Of a stretch of DNA of 64,000 nt, positions 1-10,720 are shown one piece after another. How positions within the stretch are numbered: position 1 is the first letter of the stretch; every line of letters begins with the position of its first letter. The stretch spans positions 192,001 through 256,000 of the forward strand of contig CAWGZR010000010.1 of the NCBI GenBank assembly GCA_963827165.1, read 5' to 3'. Position numbers and translations under genes: made by a program. The DNA is from Candidatus Bathyarchaeota archaeon (lineage in GTDB: Archaea > Thermoproteota > Bathyarchaeia > Bathyarchaeales > Bathycorpusculaceae). The notes below the pieces were generated by a model that saw only the letters and a list, made by a program, of their open reading frames with translations, was not told the origin of the DNA and did not search any database.

Positions 1-2
1 TG

Positions 3-344
3 CTCGGTTATGACGTCGCAGTCTTTGTTCGTACAATTCCCGAGCTTAAGGACATTATTGGTTCAGACCCATTTAAGGGGCTGCCAAAAGAAGGTACCAG
101 CTTCTTGGTCACTTTATTGCCAAATTCGCCCGACAGGTTCCCTTTGCAGTTACCCGTAATTATTCCCAAATCAACCGCGCAAATCATTTCAGTTAAGGGC
201 TTGGAGGTTTTCAGCGTAACTCATGGCGGCGGAGAAGGCGCATTGCCCAACCCTTATGTGGAGTCAAAGCTAAAAGTTAAAACGACCACTCGCAACATGA
301 ACATAATAAAAGAAATCGTGGAAAAATACGGCGGAAGCCACTGA
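3..344 (+). CDS. DUF1697-family protein, C-terminal part (truncated by window start)
   Basis: Frame is open from base 3 (LGYDVAVFVRTIPELKDIIGSDPF) and ends ...VESKLKVKTTTRNMNII, resembling the DUF1697 C-terminus (T.RN motif). Confidence 0.7.
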   Translation, partial: LGYDVAVFVRTIPELKDIIGSDPFKGLPKEGTSFLVTLLPNSPDRFPLQLPVIIPKSTAQIISVKGLEVFSVTHGGGEGALPNPYVESKLKVKTTTRNMNIIKEIVEKYGGSH

Positions 345-533
345 AAAACGGCAGTAAAGAACGTTGAAGCATTAGCGGTTAAACGTCATAAGCGATTAGC
401 GGCAGGCTTGCCATAAGTTGTTATTGCATAATCATAAAAGCACAAAATAATTAATATAGTTAAACCAGTGCTTCACGATGAATCTATGAAAAGTCAAAAA
501 CAGAGACCTTTCGATGTAAGATCCTATTTATGC

Positions 534-965
534 TTACACCGACTTTTTGATATAGCCGCAGTCGTAGCATTTTCCATTGTGGACACAAACCACGCCGCCG
601 CAGGTTGGGCATCGAAACTTCTCTACCTGATCCTTCAGAAACACGTCCATTCCTTTGGTTTTCAACATTTTCAGGTTTTCAACCATGCTCATCCCGTAGC
701 GTTCCCGATAACGATTGTCAAGGTGGCTTAGTTTTTCGCATGGCATCGAATTACATTCGCTGCAGCTTTTGATATCATGGTGGGTTAGTTGTTTGCAGTT
801 TCTTTTTATGTAGCAGTTTTTGGCTCTGGGCATGCAGCCTGCACAATGGGTGACTTGGCCTCTCTTTCGCGGAAGACCATACGTGAAAGCTATGTAGCCT
901 TTGCATGAGGCACAGTTCATGCCGCATGGAGCAACTAATTCGGAATCAAACGGCTCTTTGTTCAT
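534..965 (-). CDS. Cys-rich DUF3795-like metal-binding protein
   Basis: VAPCGMNCASC...CAGC...C..C..C pattern plus a C-terminal CPTCGG..C..C. Confidence 0.7.
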   Translation of the reverse strand: MNKEPFDSELVAPCGMNCASCKGYIAFTYGLPRKRGQVTHCAGCMPRAKNCYIKRNCKQLTHHDIKSCSECNSMPCEKLSHLDNRYRERYGMSMVENLKMLKTKGMDVFLKDQVEKFRCPTCGGVVCVHNGKCYDCGYIKKSV

Positions 966-1271
966 AGCTTAGCATTAGATCAGACAGGACTTAACATTTT
1001 TGTCGTTTTCTTCTTTAGGCGATTTGCCATCATAATAAATTAGAATTGACCCCGACAGACTCAGAAAGCACTCATGGAACTAACAAAATCCAATCATTAC
1101 CGTAAAAATACTGAGAGGCTAAATTGGATAACAATGGACGAATTTAAGAAGAGGTAAAACAGAAGATAACAACTGAAATTAGGAGTTTTATCGTGTACGA
1201 TTTTCTTTTTGAATTTCTTTTTTAACCTTTGGCGTCAGCTTTCTTGGAAAAAACTTTACGAGTTCAATTTG

Positions 1272-2967
1272 TTAGGCGCCTTTGCGCCAACGAATCAAGC
1301 GTTTTCTAGTCACCAAGATAATTAACGCTAACAGAACTACTACGAAAAGAATTGTTGCAGTCGCAATCTCAAGGTTTTTGTTTGACGCCGGTGGCGTTGG
1401 GATCGGTGAATTTGAGGGTGAAATTATAGGCGAAGGCGAAAGAGTTGGAGTAGGCGTTGAGGTTGGTACGTAAGTTGGAAGCGGAGAAGCGGTAGGCGGG
1501 TATGTTGGGTGATAAGTCGGCCCCGGGGTTTCTGGATGTACTGAAGTAGGAATAGGCGTGGGCGTTGGAGTTGCTTCTGGAGGTTGAGCGACGAAATCTG
1601 CTGGTTCAATAAGTGTAGATTGAGGCGTTTGACTGAAATCAAAGGAAGCATTCATGTCGTTGGAGATAGCGTCCCTAGCATGTAAAGTTGGAACGTTGAA
1701 TGTGTGTTCCGCTAGAGCAAGCATGGACGAAAATTCGTACTGGGTATTATCGATGAAATTATGTTTTGCCCACGGAGAAATAACCAGCGCTGGTACCCTG
1801 AAGCCTAAGCCACTCGAATCTATTTGCGGAGGCGCCACATGATCGTAGAAACCTCCATAATCATCCCAAGTTACCACGATTGCCGTAGATTGCCAATACG
1901 AACTAGACATTACTTGATTTACAAGGTAGGAAACGTAATCCATTCCGGCGTCAGGACGCGCAGGTGGATGTTCGCTCACAGACTGATTGACGAATGCTGA
2001 TGGAAAGCCAGGAGGCTGCCACATCCCAGGCATTATCCAGCTCACCGCTGGTAAACTATCATTTGCGATATCTGAGACAAAAGTCCGAGGTGCTTTTCAC
2101 GTGCTCAGTAAGTTGGTCTGGGTTTTGTTGGAAGTAACTGAATAATGGAAGAACATCCCAAATCGTCGGCGTCGTCGGATTTGCATTGCCGTCGTACCAT
2201 GTCCAAGTTTGATTTGCAAGAGAAAGCTCTTCAGCAAGAGTAGTCCAGGTCAGGCTAGCACCGGGCCATTCGACTTCAAGTTGGTTAGGAGAGTCTAATG
2301 GACCGCTGGGAGGGTTTTCTATAATGTTTCCATTTGAGACCCAAGGTTCACTTGAGTTGATCGGGCCGTCAGCGCCTGAGGCAATGTAAAGATGATTTGG
2401 AAAACTGGGACCCATTTCCGAAGAAAAGAAGTTGTCATCAAGAACATAGTTGTCTGCGTAGTCCCAATAGTAAGGGATGTCGCTTCTATCATAGTACCCC
2501 ATTGTTAAGCTGTCTCCTTCGGCTTGGACGAAACCATCCATTTTTCCATTGTCATAATCTTCTTGCGCCACTTCTGCGGAGTGATCAAGATTGGCGGTCG
2601 ACTGGGCGCTCAGATGAAAGGGCGAGACCGAATCGAAAGCTTCCTGCGGAAGATCATCTGGGTCAGCTACACCGGGCGGAAGCTCGTCACCAACTATTGA
2701 TACAGGAACAGTGGCGCTGAGATGATATGGCTGTACGTACCCCATAGACGTGTCAGAGAGGCTAACTGGAAGGGAAGTACCGGGTGGAATGCCGTTGGCT
2801 CCGGGATAAGTTCCGAAGTAATTGTCAAAGGAGTGGTTTTCCTGAACTATGAATATTAAATGCTGAATTTTCGACGTTTGCCCGCTCGAAAGATGAATGG
2901 GAGTCGTCACTCCTGCAACCAAGAAAAAAGTCAAGATTAAAAAAACGGCTAAAATCTTTAATTTCAT
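1272..2967 (-). CDS. Secreted phosphoesterase (phospholipase C/acid phosphatase family) with Pro/Thr linker and C-terminal TM anchor; frameshift near 2050-2085
   Basis: Signal peptide, [37 protein letters not shown] and [12 protein letters not shown] motifs spread over ORFs 2059-2967 and 1272-2045. Confidence 0.9.
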
Positions 2968-3220
2968 GACCTACTAGCACTTCGCTCCCAAAAATAAAGC
3001 ATACTAAAACATTTTGGATAAGCCTGAAGCGTTTTATAAACTCAGCGGTCGCGACGGCGAAACAACGGGTTATCATAAAGTCGGCGGTTGTTTAGAGGTC
3101 CGATATCCATTCTTTTTTAGCAAACTTTGCGGCTTATAGCTGCAAAGATATTGATTTGAGCATTTTGGGGAAAAGCGTAAAAGGAAGTTTAATCTAGACT
3201 TATGTTAGGAGGAGTTCTCA

Positions 3221-4801
3221 ATTTTTAGGAAAAGCAGAGGCTTAGTCGTTTTTGTCTGTATAACACTTATCGTGATTCTTGTCCTTGCTATGGGGTTTTT
3301 TAAACCTCAAAAAAACGTGATTGAAACACTCCCTCCCGAAAATTCAGCCTTGCCCTATACGGTTGACACTTACGGAAATGCTTGGGATGGGCCCATAGCT
3401 TTTGGATTATCAGGACCTAACGGAATAAACTATCTGGTTATAATGGATACAAACGGAACGTTGCTGGATCTTCGAACCTCAACTGGCGGTTATGGAGCCG
3501 TAAAAAACATTGCTCAGAACACTTTTCTATTTCAAGGCGAACCACAGCTAAGCGGAGGGGCACAAATCGCACCTAATTGGGCAACACACATCTGGAACGT
3601 CGCCTCAAACACAACACAGGATTTTCCAAACGTGATTTCGCATCACGATGTCGATTACAACCCGATCAACAACACATTTCTCACGTTGCAGGATTACGTC
3701 AGGCAAGTTGGAAACAATTTTTATCTGATAGACAAAATACTAAAGGTTGATGCCCAAGGCAACGTCCTGTGGACTTGGGACGCGTATAATTATTTGCCTC
3801 TGAGCGACGCCGATCCCTTCAATAACACATCGGTCTACAACGGACAGCCAGTCATAGATTTCACCCACACTAACGCTCTTCTCTGGGATTACAACAACGA
3901 CATAATCTATCTGAACGTTCGGAACACCAACACATTTTACAAAATAAACGAGACCACTGGAAACATAATTTGGGGATGCGGTCAATTTGGCAACTTTACG
4001 CTTGTGGATGCCAACGGTTCTGTGCTTCCAAACGGACAAAGCCTTTGGTATCACAGTCATGATCTTGAACAGGTTGCGCCAAACGTTTTCACGATGTTTA
4101 ACGACGATTTCGACAACGTAACAAACTACAACGACGCAAACAGCCAGATGATAGAGTTTACGTTAAACGAGAAGAACATGACAGCCACAATGATTCGAAG
4201 TTGGACTGCGCCAGAACAGTATTACTCATCATACTTGGGGGCAACAGACTTGCTACCAAATGGAGACTGGCTAGGCGACTTCGGAACACCAACCCACCAA
4301 TTTGCCGAAAACCAACCTTGGAACTTCAACGATACTGGAGCTGTTTTGATCGATGTGAACGCAGCCGGACAAATAGTGAGGACCATAACGTTCCCAACAG
4401 GCTGGGCAATCTACAGAAATCAGATAGTGACAAACATAACCAGTGACGCTCTTAGTCCAATACCGACACCAACTCTGACCACACCAACCACCTCAACGCC
4501 GTCAGCATCGACGGGGCAGATGTTTCCATTCCCATATCAATCAACCACTGCGACTCCCGCGCCGACCGCAACCGCAACAAAAACAACAGCTCCAACCAGC
4601 ACCGCGAGACCGACACCCAAACCATCAGCTAACGTCTTATCCAAATCGCCAAGTTCGATCGATTCAATAATCATCACGATTGCTGTAATTGTTATTGTGA
4701 TCGTAGCTGTAAGTCTTGCTTACTTGAAAAAAATAAGGCCAAAAAATAGCATCACAAGTGATACAGGTAACTATCTTAGGATTTCACGACATAATTCTTA
4801 A
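3221..4801 (+). CDS. Arylsulfotransferase (ASST)-like secreted protein with Thr/Pro linker and C-terminal TM anchor
   Basis: SHHD, DFTHTNAL, WYHSHD and MFND motifs; in-frame N-terminal hydrophobic segment extends upstream of the 3272 GTG to 3221. Confidence 0.75.
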   Translation: MFRKSRGLVVFVCITLIVILVLAMGFFKPQKNVIETLPPENSALPYTVDTYGNAWDGPIAFGLSGPNGINYLVIMDTNGTLLDLRTSTGGYGAVKNIAQNTFLFQGEPQLSGGAQIAPNWATHIWNVASNTTQDFPNVISHHDVDYNPINNTFLTLQDYVRQVGNNFYLIDKILKVDAQGNVLWTWDAYNYLPLSDADPFNNTSVYNGQPVIDFTHTNALLWDYNNDIIYLNVRNTNTFYKINETTGNIIWGCGQFGNFTLVDANGSVLPNGQSLWYHSHDLEQVAPNVFTMFNDDFDNVTNYNDANSQMIEFTLNEKNMTATMIRSWTAPEQYYSSYLGATDLLPNGDWLGDFGTPTHQFAENQPWNFNDTGAVLIDVNAAGQIVRTITFPTGWAIYRNQIVTNITSDALSPIPTPTLTTPTTSTPSASTGQMFPFPYQSTTATPAPTATATKTTAPTSTARPTPKPSANVLSKSPSSIDSIIITIAVIVIVIVAVSLAYLKKIRPKNSITSDTGNYLRISRHNS

Positions 4802-5011
4802 TAAGAAATGTAAATGCCTGAAAACAAAAGAATTCCGCATTTAAATGGACATCAAACAAGGTGTTCCATAATAAAATTGCAGAAGCAACGAGGATCGATA
4901 GTTTGGATGATTGAAATAGTTTTTGCGCTGCGCCTCGGTTGTTAAGCGACTAACACGGTTACGCTCATCTTTAAACAGAGAGAAACATAAGATTCAGATG
5001 GAGACAAATTA

Positions 5012-5179
5012 TTGAAGAAAAAAGAAAGCGTAGAAGTAAATGAGGCAGAAACTTTTGAGTCCTACAACGAGAAAATGAGAAAGAAATATGGTGACAACTG
5101 GCTAGGAAAAGGCAAATGCACGGGACTAAAGTTTAAACGTTGGTTAGCTCTACGCGATAATAAAACGGAGATTCCGTGA
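5012..5179 (+). CDS. Small hypothetical protein (55 aa)
   Basis: TTG-started ORF MKKKESVEVNEAETFESYNEKMRKKYGDNWLGKG..., purine-rich, filling an intergenic gap downstream of a TTTAAA box. Confidence 0.45.
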   Translation: MKKKESVEVNEAETFESYNEKMRKKYGDNWLGKGKCTGLKFKRWLALRDNKTEIP

Positions 5180-5348
5180 AGAAAGCGAAGAATCTCGTTC
5201 GGCATAGTAACTATTCAGGGTCCCGATGGGGTCATTTAATAGCCAAATTGGCGAATAATTATTTTAAATATGTTTTCTAGGTTAATACATCTTTTAAGCA
5301 CCATTGAATCTTTAGTTCAGTCAACAAGAATCACGTGATTCTTAAGAG

Positions 5349-6305
5349 ATGCCAATTAAGATGCTGACGAAGCCAAACGCCCACATAGAAGAAATGGCAT
5401 GTTTCACCACCGACTCCTGTTATAAAGGAAAAGTCTCAGTTAATTCAAAAATAAAACTGAAAGACTTAGATACTGGGTGGGCGCAAAATGAGGAAGCCAA
5501 ATTCTTAGGAAAAGGCAAACTAAAGAAAATGGCAAGCAGACTGTTAGAACAGAACTGCCGAGAATTGTCGAAAGCGCAGGAGTTACTTTATGCAAGCAAT
5601 TCTTACTCTTTACTGGTCATATTGCAAGGTATGGATGCAGCTGGCAAAGACGGCATTATCAAACATGTAATGTCAGGAGTTAACCCGCAAGGTTGTCAAG
5701 TGACAAGTTTCAAGCAGCCATCAACTAGAGAGTTGGAGCATGATTTTCTATGGCGACAAATCGTATCTTTACCTGAAAAAGGCGACATAGGCATTTTTAA
5801 CAGATCATACTACGAAGAAGTTTTGATTGTTAAAGTTCATAGAAATCTTTTAGAAAAACAAAATCTTCCGACGAGAAAATACGACAACGAGTTTTGGAAA
5901 AACCGCTATGAGGACATATCAAATTTTGAACATCATCTTGTTCGAAACGGAACACTAGTTTTAAAGTTTTTTTTACATATTTCAAAAGAAGAGCAGGAAA
6001 AACGTTTTGCTGAACGTTTATACGACACTGACAAATGTTGGAAATTTTCGGATGCTGACATTAAAGAAAGAGATTATTGGGATGATTACATGAAAGCATA
6101 CGAGGACATGATAAACAATACAAGCACACAATGGGCTCCTTGGTATATCATTCCAGCAGACTACAAATGGCTATCTCGTTCTCTTGTTGCCGATATAATC
6201 ACCACAAGCATATTGTCTTTGAATATCAAATTTCCGGTCTTAAGTGAGCAGAAACTTGAAGCGATTGAAAAAGCCAAAAGAAAACTTGAATGCACAACAA
6301 AATAG
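5349..6305 (+). CDS. ppk2: Polyphosphate kinase 2 family (class III-like)
   Basis: Walker A QGMDAAGKDG, FKQPS..EL.HDFLWR, IFNRSYYEEVL, KFFLHISKEEQ, APWYIIPAD.KW. Confidence 0.95.
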   Translation: MPIKMLTKPNAHIEEMACFTTDSCYKGKVSVNSKIKLKDLDTGWAQNEEAKFLGKGKLKKMASRLLEQNCRELSKAQELLYASNSYSLLVILQGMDAAGKDGIIKHVMSGVNPQGCQVTSFKQPSTRELEHDFLWRQIVSLPEKGDIGIFNRSYYEEVLIVKVHRNLLEKQNLPTRKYDNEFWKNRYEDISNFEHHLVRNGTLVLKFFLHISKEEQEKRFAERLYDTDKCWKFSDADIKERDYWDDYMKAYEDMINNTSTQWAPWYIIPADYKWLSRSLVADIITTSILSLNIKFPVLSEQKLEAIEKAKRKLECTTK

Positions 6306-6647
6306 CAGACCATGATAAGTTATCTTTCGAAGCAAGCATGTTTCACTATTGACATATTCAAGCGGTTCGTTGGCTTGAAATTTAATACTCTAATAATTAG
6401 ATCAACTGTGAGTTTGGGCATTGTAACATAATCATTGCTGAAGTTTCTAACATAATTCTAAATATGAAATCAATGATGATTCGTGATTATTTAAGCAATT
6501 TAAAGACGGTACGGCAAACTGAAAAGGTCATTGCTTCAAGTTAACGGTTTTTCGATGCCTCATCATCACCACGACTGAGAACAAAGAAAGAAGCGGCGTC
6601 ACAGCAACTTACTCCAAAACGTAATGAAGGGACGCGTCAGCGCGCAT

Positions 6648-6935
6648 TTAGAACACACTATTTTTCAATTCAATTAAAGTTTTTAGCACCAGTTTAAGCG
6701 CAGAGTCGTAGCCGCCGTAGTATTCTGTGCTTTGGTCTGGGTCCGCATACGCTCGCTCCACCATCTCTTTTTCAATACCTTCGTTAGTCAGCTGGATTGA
6801 ACCTTCTTTTAGCCATATCAAAGCATCCACATACCCGTGTTCTGAGTCTGAAAGCTCATCTGTTTCAGATGATTCTGCCTTCCGCCTGATTATTTCATCA
6901 ATCTTTTCTTTTAACTTGTTCTCAACTTTGCTCAC
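6648..6935 (-). CDS. Hypothetical acidic protein
   Basis: 95-aa ORF with an internal repeat (GYVDALIW / GYDSALKL) and an upstream GGTGG RBS-like motif. Confidence 0.6.
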   Translation of the reverse strand: MSKVENKLKEKIDEIIRRKAESSETDELSDSEHGYVDALIWLKEGSIQLTNEGIEKEMVERAYADPDQSTEYYGGYDSALKLVLKTLIELKNSVF

Positions 6936-7207
6936 TTCTTTCCACCCGTTCGATTACTGCCTTGTTATGGAGTTAAATATTTGTTTGCTCATTTGCGATG
7001 CTTTTTTGGGTCTTAATGAAAAAAACATTGGTTAGCAGTCTGTTCTTTTCTTTCAGCCTTCAGCAAACAAGGTGAAGCGCAAACTGTCTTAAGATATTTA
7101 TAGCGGAATTATCGCAAGAAATCCCCCACATAATGCAAAGGCAGTAATTCCCGAATACATAAGGGATAAAGTTAACTTATCGGCTCAGGCATTCTGTACT
7201 TGTTGAG

Positions 7208-7651
7208 TTGATTTTTATGTCCTGGTTAAAAGGTATGCGAGAAAAAGAGCCACCAGAACCCGTGAATCCGATCGGAACAGTTGTGCTAGGTACGCTTCAT
7301 CCGGATATTATGGATACTGCTAAAGAAATGGTTAGAAAATCGCTCAAAGCAGCACAATTCAAAACCATTGACGCGGGAAAAGGCATTTCTCCGGATGCTT
7401 TCGTGGCTAAGGCGAAACAAGCAAACGCTGACATTCTCGTGGTGACGGTTGGTCTAACAGCAGCCAAAGAAAACTTACCTAAACTAATCGCGGAGATAGA
7501 GAATGAGGGTTTGAAGGGAAAAATCACGGTAATGATAGGCGGAGCTGCGGTCACAAAGGAAGACGCAGATAAGATAGGCACATTGTTTGGCAAAACTCGG
7601 GAAGAAGCAGTGGTTCTCGCTAAGAAAGTAATTCAGAATAAAAAAACCTAA
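7208..7651 (+). CDS. Stand-alone cobalamin (B12)-binding Rossmann domain protein, lacking the His ligand
   Basis: GTVVLGTL..DIMD..KEMV, IDAGKGISPDAFV, VMIGGAAVT match corrinoid proteins; DxHxxG reads DIMDTA. Confidence 0.85.
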   Translation: MIFMSWLKGMREKEPPEPVNPIGTVVLGTLHPDIMDTAKEMVRKSLKAAQFKTIDAGKGISPDAFVAKAKQANADILVVTVGLTAAKENLPKLIAEIENEGLKGKITVMIGGAAVTKEDADKIGTLFGKTREEAVVLAKKVIQNKKT

Positions 7652-7906
7652 CTTCCTTGCAAGTCGAAACGTGGCCTTGAAATCCAAGGATCAATGTCAC
7701 TTCCAATAAGTAGTTATAAGCTATGCTCGATTGCCATAAAACGCAGCTTATATCTTTGGTAATTGTCGTTGGGATGGAAGAGGTCATTGCTAAAAGATAG
7801 CAATTTTTTCTATGTCTAACTGTGACACCCAAAATGAATACGGAAAAAGGCAAAAGCAGAATGACAAGACATGATAGCTCTGGACTTTTTTGGAAACAAG
7901 CTCTCA

Positions 7907-8335
7907 TTAAACGATGTTGTAAATATGTATAATCAATCCGAGAACCAATGCGAAAATCCAAATCACGAAAGCTGGTAACATTAGCCTCCACGCTCTTGAA
8001 CAACCGAGCTCCCCCAAAGGATGACTTATCCACGTAACAATAATGCCAAAACCTAACGCTATGGCAGCGATTCCAAAGGCAGCATGAAGCCAAACAATTG
8101 CTGATTGAACAATTGATAATTTGCCGATGAGAGCTAAATTACTGCTTAGAACAGGAATCATTACGTAGAATACGGTGGCAAGGTTTAATGCAAGCGCCAA
8201 GATGCTGAGAAATCCATGCATTATGAGGTTTCTATTCTTGGTTCTTATTCTGTAAGGATAAACTCCTACAGTAAGCAATAGTAATGCCACTATTTGAATG
8301 ATAGAAACTACATTACCTTCAAAGTCAAGCACCAT
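7907..8335 (-). CDS. Four-TM membrane protein with His residues in TM helices (DUF420/cytochrome b-like)
   Basis: Hydrophobic helices containing MHG, WLHA and IIHI. Confidence 0.6.
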   Translation of the reverse strand: MVLDFEGNVVSIIQIVALLLLTVGVYPYRIRTKNRNLIMHGFLSILALALNLATVFYVMIPVLSSNLALIGKLSIVQSAIVWLHAAFGIAAIALGFGIIVTWISHPLGELGCSRAWRLMLPAFVIWIFALVLGLIIHIYNIV

Positions 8336-8791
8336 AAACTAACACCGCAATGCAGATATAGTAATCATACAGCAACCGCTTAATTGGCAGTTACATCGGA
8401 AAAGGTCAGTCATACTAAATAAACAGCTCTATATTCGAGAAAACGAAATTTGGGGCAACTAAAGAAGGGATCAGTTAAATCCCGGGTATGTTGGCGATAA
8501 GTCAATGCAATATAGCGCACGCTATGACGAATCGAAAAATTCATTGCTTCACTAGAGTTTTTTTGATATGAACTATTACAGCGACAGATAAGACGGAAAG
8601 AAGCAAAGGAACAATCCCAACCAAGAGGGGGCGGCAGAGGTTAAGGTTAGTACCTTGCGGCAGAAAAACAGGCAAAATGTTAAATGGCGATAATATTAAA
8701 TAGCGTTAACTAGAGAACTGGAAGCAACCAAGAAGGGGCGCATTCTGGGTAGAGAGATCGTAAAACGAGAAAAAGTTTTCCTGGATTATGT

Positions 8792-9001
8792 GTGTTGCTT
8801 GGACTGTTATGCTTGTTTTATTTAGTTGGAGCAGCCCATGCTGATGCAATTCCGACTAGTCCTATAGTATACTATGGTTTATTTTTCGGAATTCTGTTGA
8901 GTGTAGTCATTGTTTTAGCTATTGTAGGCTGGTTGATTTTGAGAAGGATCCCTCAACAAAAAACAGGGCTAGCAAACTATTTCCTTTCTGACGGCGAATA
9001 A
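8792..9001 (+). CDS. Small membrane protein (signal peptide plus TM)
   Basis: AHA-DAIP signal-cleavage-like site followed by one TM helix and basic residues. Confidence 0.45.
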   Translation: MLLGLLCLFYLVGAAHADAIPTSPIVYYGLFFGILLSVVIVLAIVGWLILRRIPQQKTGLANYFLSDGE

Positions 9002-9017
9002 CTGGGTTGCTTTCAAG

Positions 9018-9368
9018 ATGTTTGCAGGCTTTTTTGATTTCGCCATCGCTTTGTCTTTGACAATCGTCATAGAATGTAGTGTTGCCTTCGCCTTTGGATT
9101 AAGAACAAGAAACGCTTTGTTAGCCGTTTTTGCAATAAATCTAATAACCAATCCCATTCTCAACTGCTTCATCACTATTACAAAGATTCTTAATCTGTTT
9201 CAAATCAATACTTTCATTCTATTGCTCCTAGAGTTACTTGTCGTGTTCGTTGAGTGGAGAATGCTGGTTTATTCTATAGACGGAAGCCTCAAAAAACTGC
9301 TAATACTCTCATTTGTCATGAATACGTGCTCTTTTGTTTCAGGCTTGATTCTTTTCAGTTTATTTTAG
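9018..9368 (+). CDS. Hypothetical integral membrane protein
   Basis: Four hydrophobic segments with LTIVIE, NLITNP, ELLVVFVE and SFVMN.CSF pattern. Confidence 0.7.
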   Translation: MFAGFFDFAIALSLTIVIECSVAFAFGLRTRNALLAVFAINLITNPILNCFITITKILNLFQINTFILLLLELLVVFVEWRMLVYSIDGSLKKLLILSFVMNTCSFVSGLILFSLF

Positions 9369-9438
9369 TGCTTATGGTTTCATCTTAAGTGGATGGCTTA
9401 TATTTTGGCGGGCATAATTATCGCTCGTTTAACCAACA

Positions 9439-9511
9439 TAATTCTTAAATTCATTAATTTGGGAGCAGAAATATCTCTTTTTTTGCTACTCTCTGGGAGT
9501 AGAGATATTTC
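9439..9511. repeat. attL: core plus putative integrase-binding arms
   Basis: Core TAATTCTTAA, then TCATT..GGGAGCAGAAATAT and a second copy GGGAGTAGAGATAT near 9496; GAAATATCTC/GAGATATTTC inverted repeat. Confidence 0.7.
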
Positions 9512-9527
9512 CTTTGGCATTTTGAGG

Positions 9528-10008
9528 TCACTGAGTAGAGGGTACTTGAAAGTTGCTTAAAAATATTATTTCTATTAAATTCAAAGGTTGATTTCTTCGG
9601 GTTTCAAACTTGTTTTCTTGTTCCATAGGTCTTTTCTCATAGCGATTACCGTTTTTGCATAAGTGGCATTTTTCAGGTTTTTGAATAAATTCCTTTAGTG
9701 ATTTGATAACATCATCTGAAGCAAAAAGTAATAAGTTAAACCATTCTGTCACGTACTTCATTCTTCCAGTCTTCAAGGGTTACCAAGTCGGGTCTAAGGT
9801 GTTTAAAATACTTCATTTGGTCGGGTTCGACCACTGATTCGCATCTGAATAACTATAGCCAAATACCTTTTTTCTATTCTCTTTCTGTTCGCTAAATTTG
9901 ATTTGTTTTCTCTTATCAAAATAGTAAGTTAAAGAAGCCGCCAATGATACCAGCACTATCCCAATAAAAGCGACAATCGAAAGCGATTATCTCGTCATAG
10001 CCTACCAT
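9528..10008 (-). CDS. Hypothetical protein with N-terminal TM, multiply frameshifted
   Basis: Fragments IVAFIGIVLVSLAASLTYYFDKRKQ... and EWFNLLLFASDDVIKSLKEF are collinear on the minus strand. Confidence 0.5.
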
Positions 10009-10108
10009 GTTTAACAAATCTCTCCAGCTTTGCAGATTTAAGACTTGTCTACTCTAAATAGCGAAGTTACTAACCCTTGAATGTACTTAATGATAGCTCT
10101 AACCATTT

Positions 10109-10318
10109 CTATAGTAGTGGAGATTTACGCCTTATCTCATCTAATTCTCTTAAATCATTAGCGTTAAGAATACCCCTCTTGAAAAGTTCCTTTATTATTG
10201 CGCCAAGTATAAAGTAGTTTTTTCGATAAGATACTTCCAGCTTTTTAACTTCAAGCCTCAAAGAAGCTATTCTACTTTCAAGTTCAAGTTCCTTAATCTC
10301 TAATTCTTCATTAGACAC
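10109..10318 (-). CDS. Small coiled-coil hypothetical protein
   Basis: Leucine heptads in ELEIKELELESRIASLRLEVKKLE. Confidence 0.55.
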   Translation of the reverse strand: MSNEELEIKELELESRIASLRLEVKKLEVSYRKNYFILGAIIKELFKRGILNANDLRELDEIRRKSPLL

Positions 10319-10720
10319 TGTTTAACCTTCATGTACTCGGTAATAGCCCTTAGAAACTTAGCTAAATAGTCCTTTCTTCTACAGCTTCGGCTAATGCTTC
10401 AAAGAGGACGTTAACCACGACACTCTAACTTTTCTCGCCCTGAATCACTCGTATTTAGATACGTACCTCTTTTCAAGTGGTAATTCATAGCCAAATTCCT
10501 TTTTAATCACTTTCTTAATTATTTCTCGGTTAGCTTCAATGCGTATTTTCTTAGTTTTTAATTGCTTTAAAATCTCGTTGTCCACACATCATTTTTTCAC
10601 CTTAATTCTATTTCAGGCTATACAGATTTAAGACTTATTATGAAAATAACTTACCAGAAATTCATAAATCTTATTTCTTTTTTAGAAAATAACAATTGGT
10701 TATCTGACGTCTGTTAGTAG

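Noticed and set aside
1380-1590. Repeat-like GGCGTTGG tracts (similar low-complexity tract at 4460-4630)
   Set aside because: Explained by Pro/Thr-rich linker codons of anchored surface enzymes
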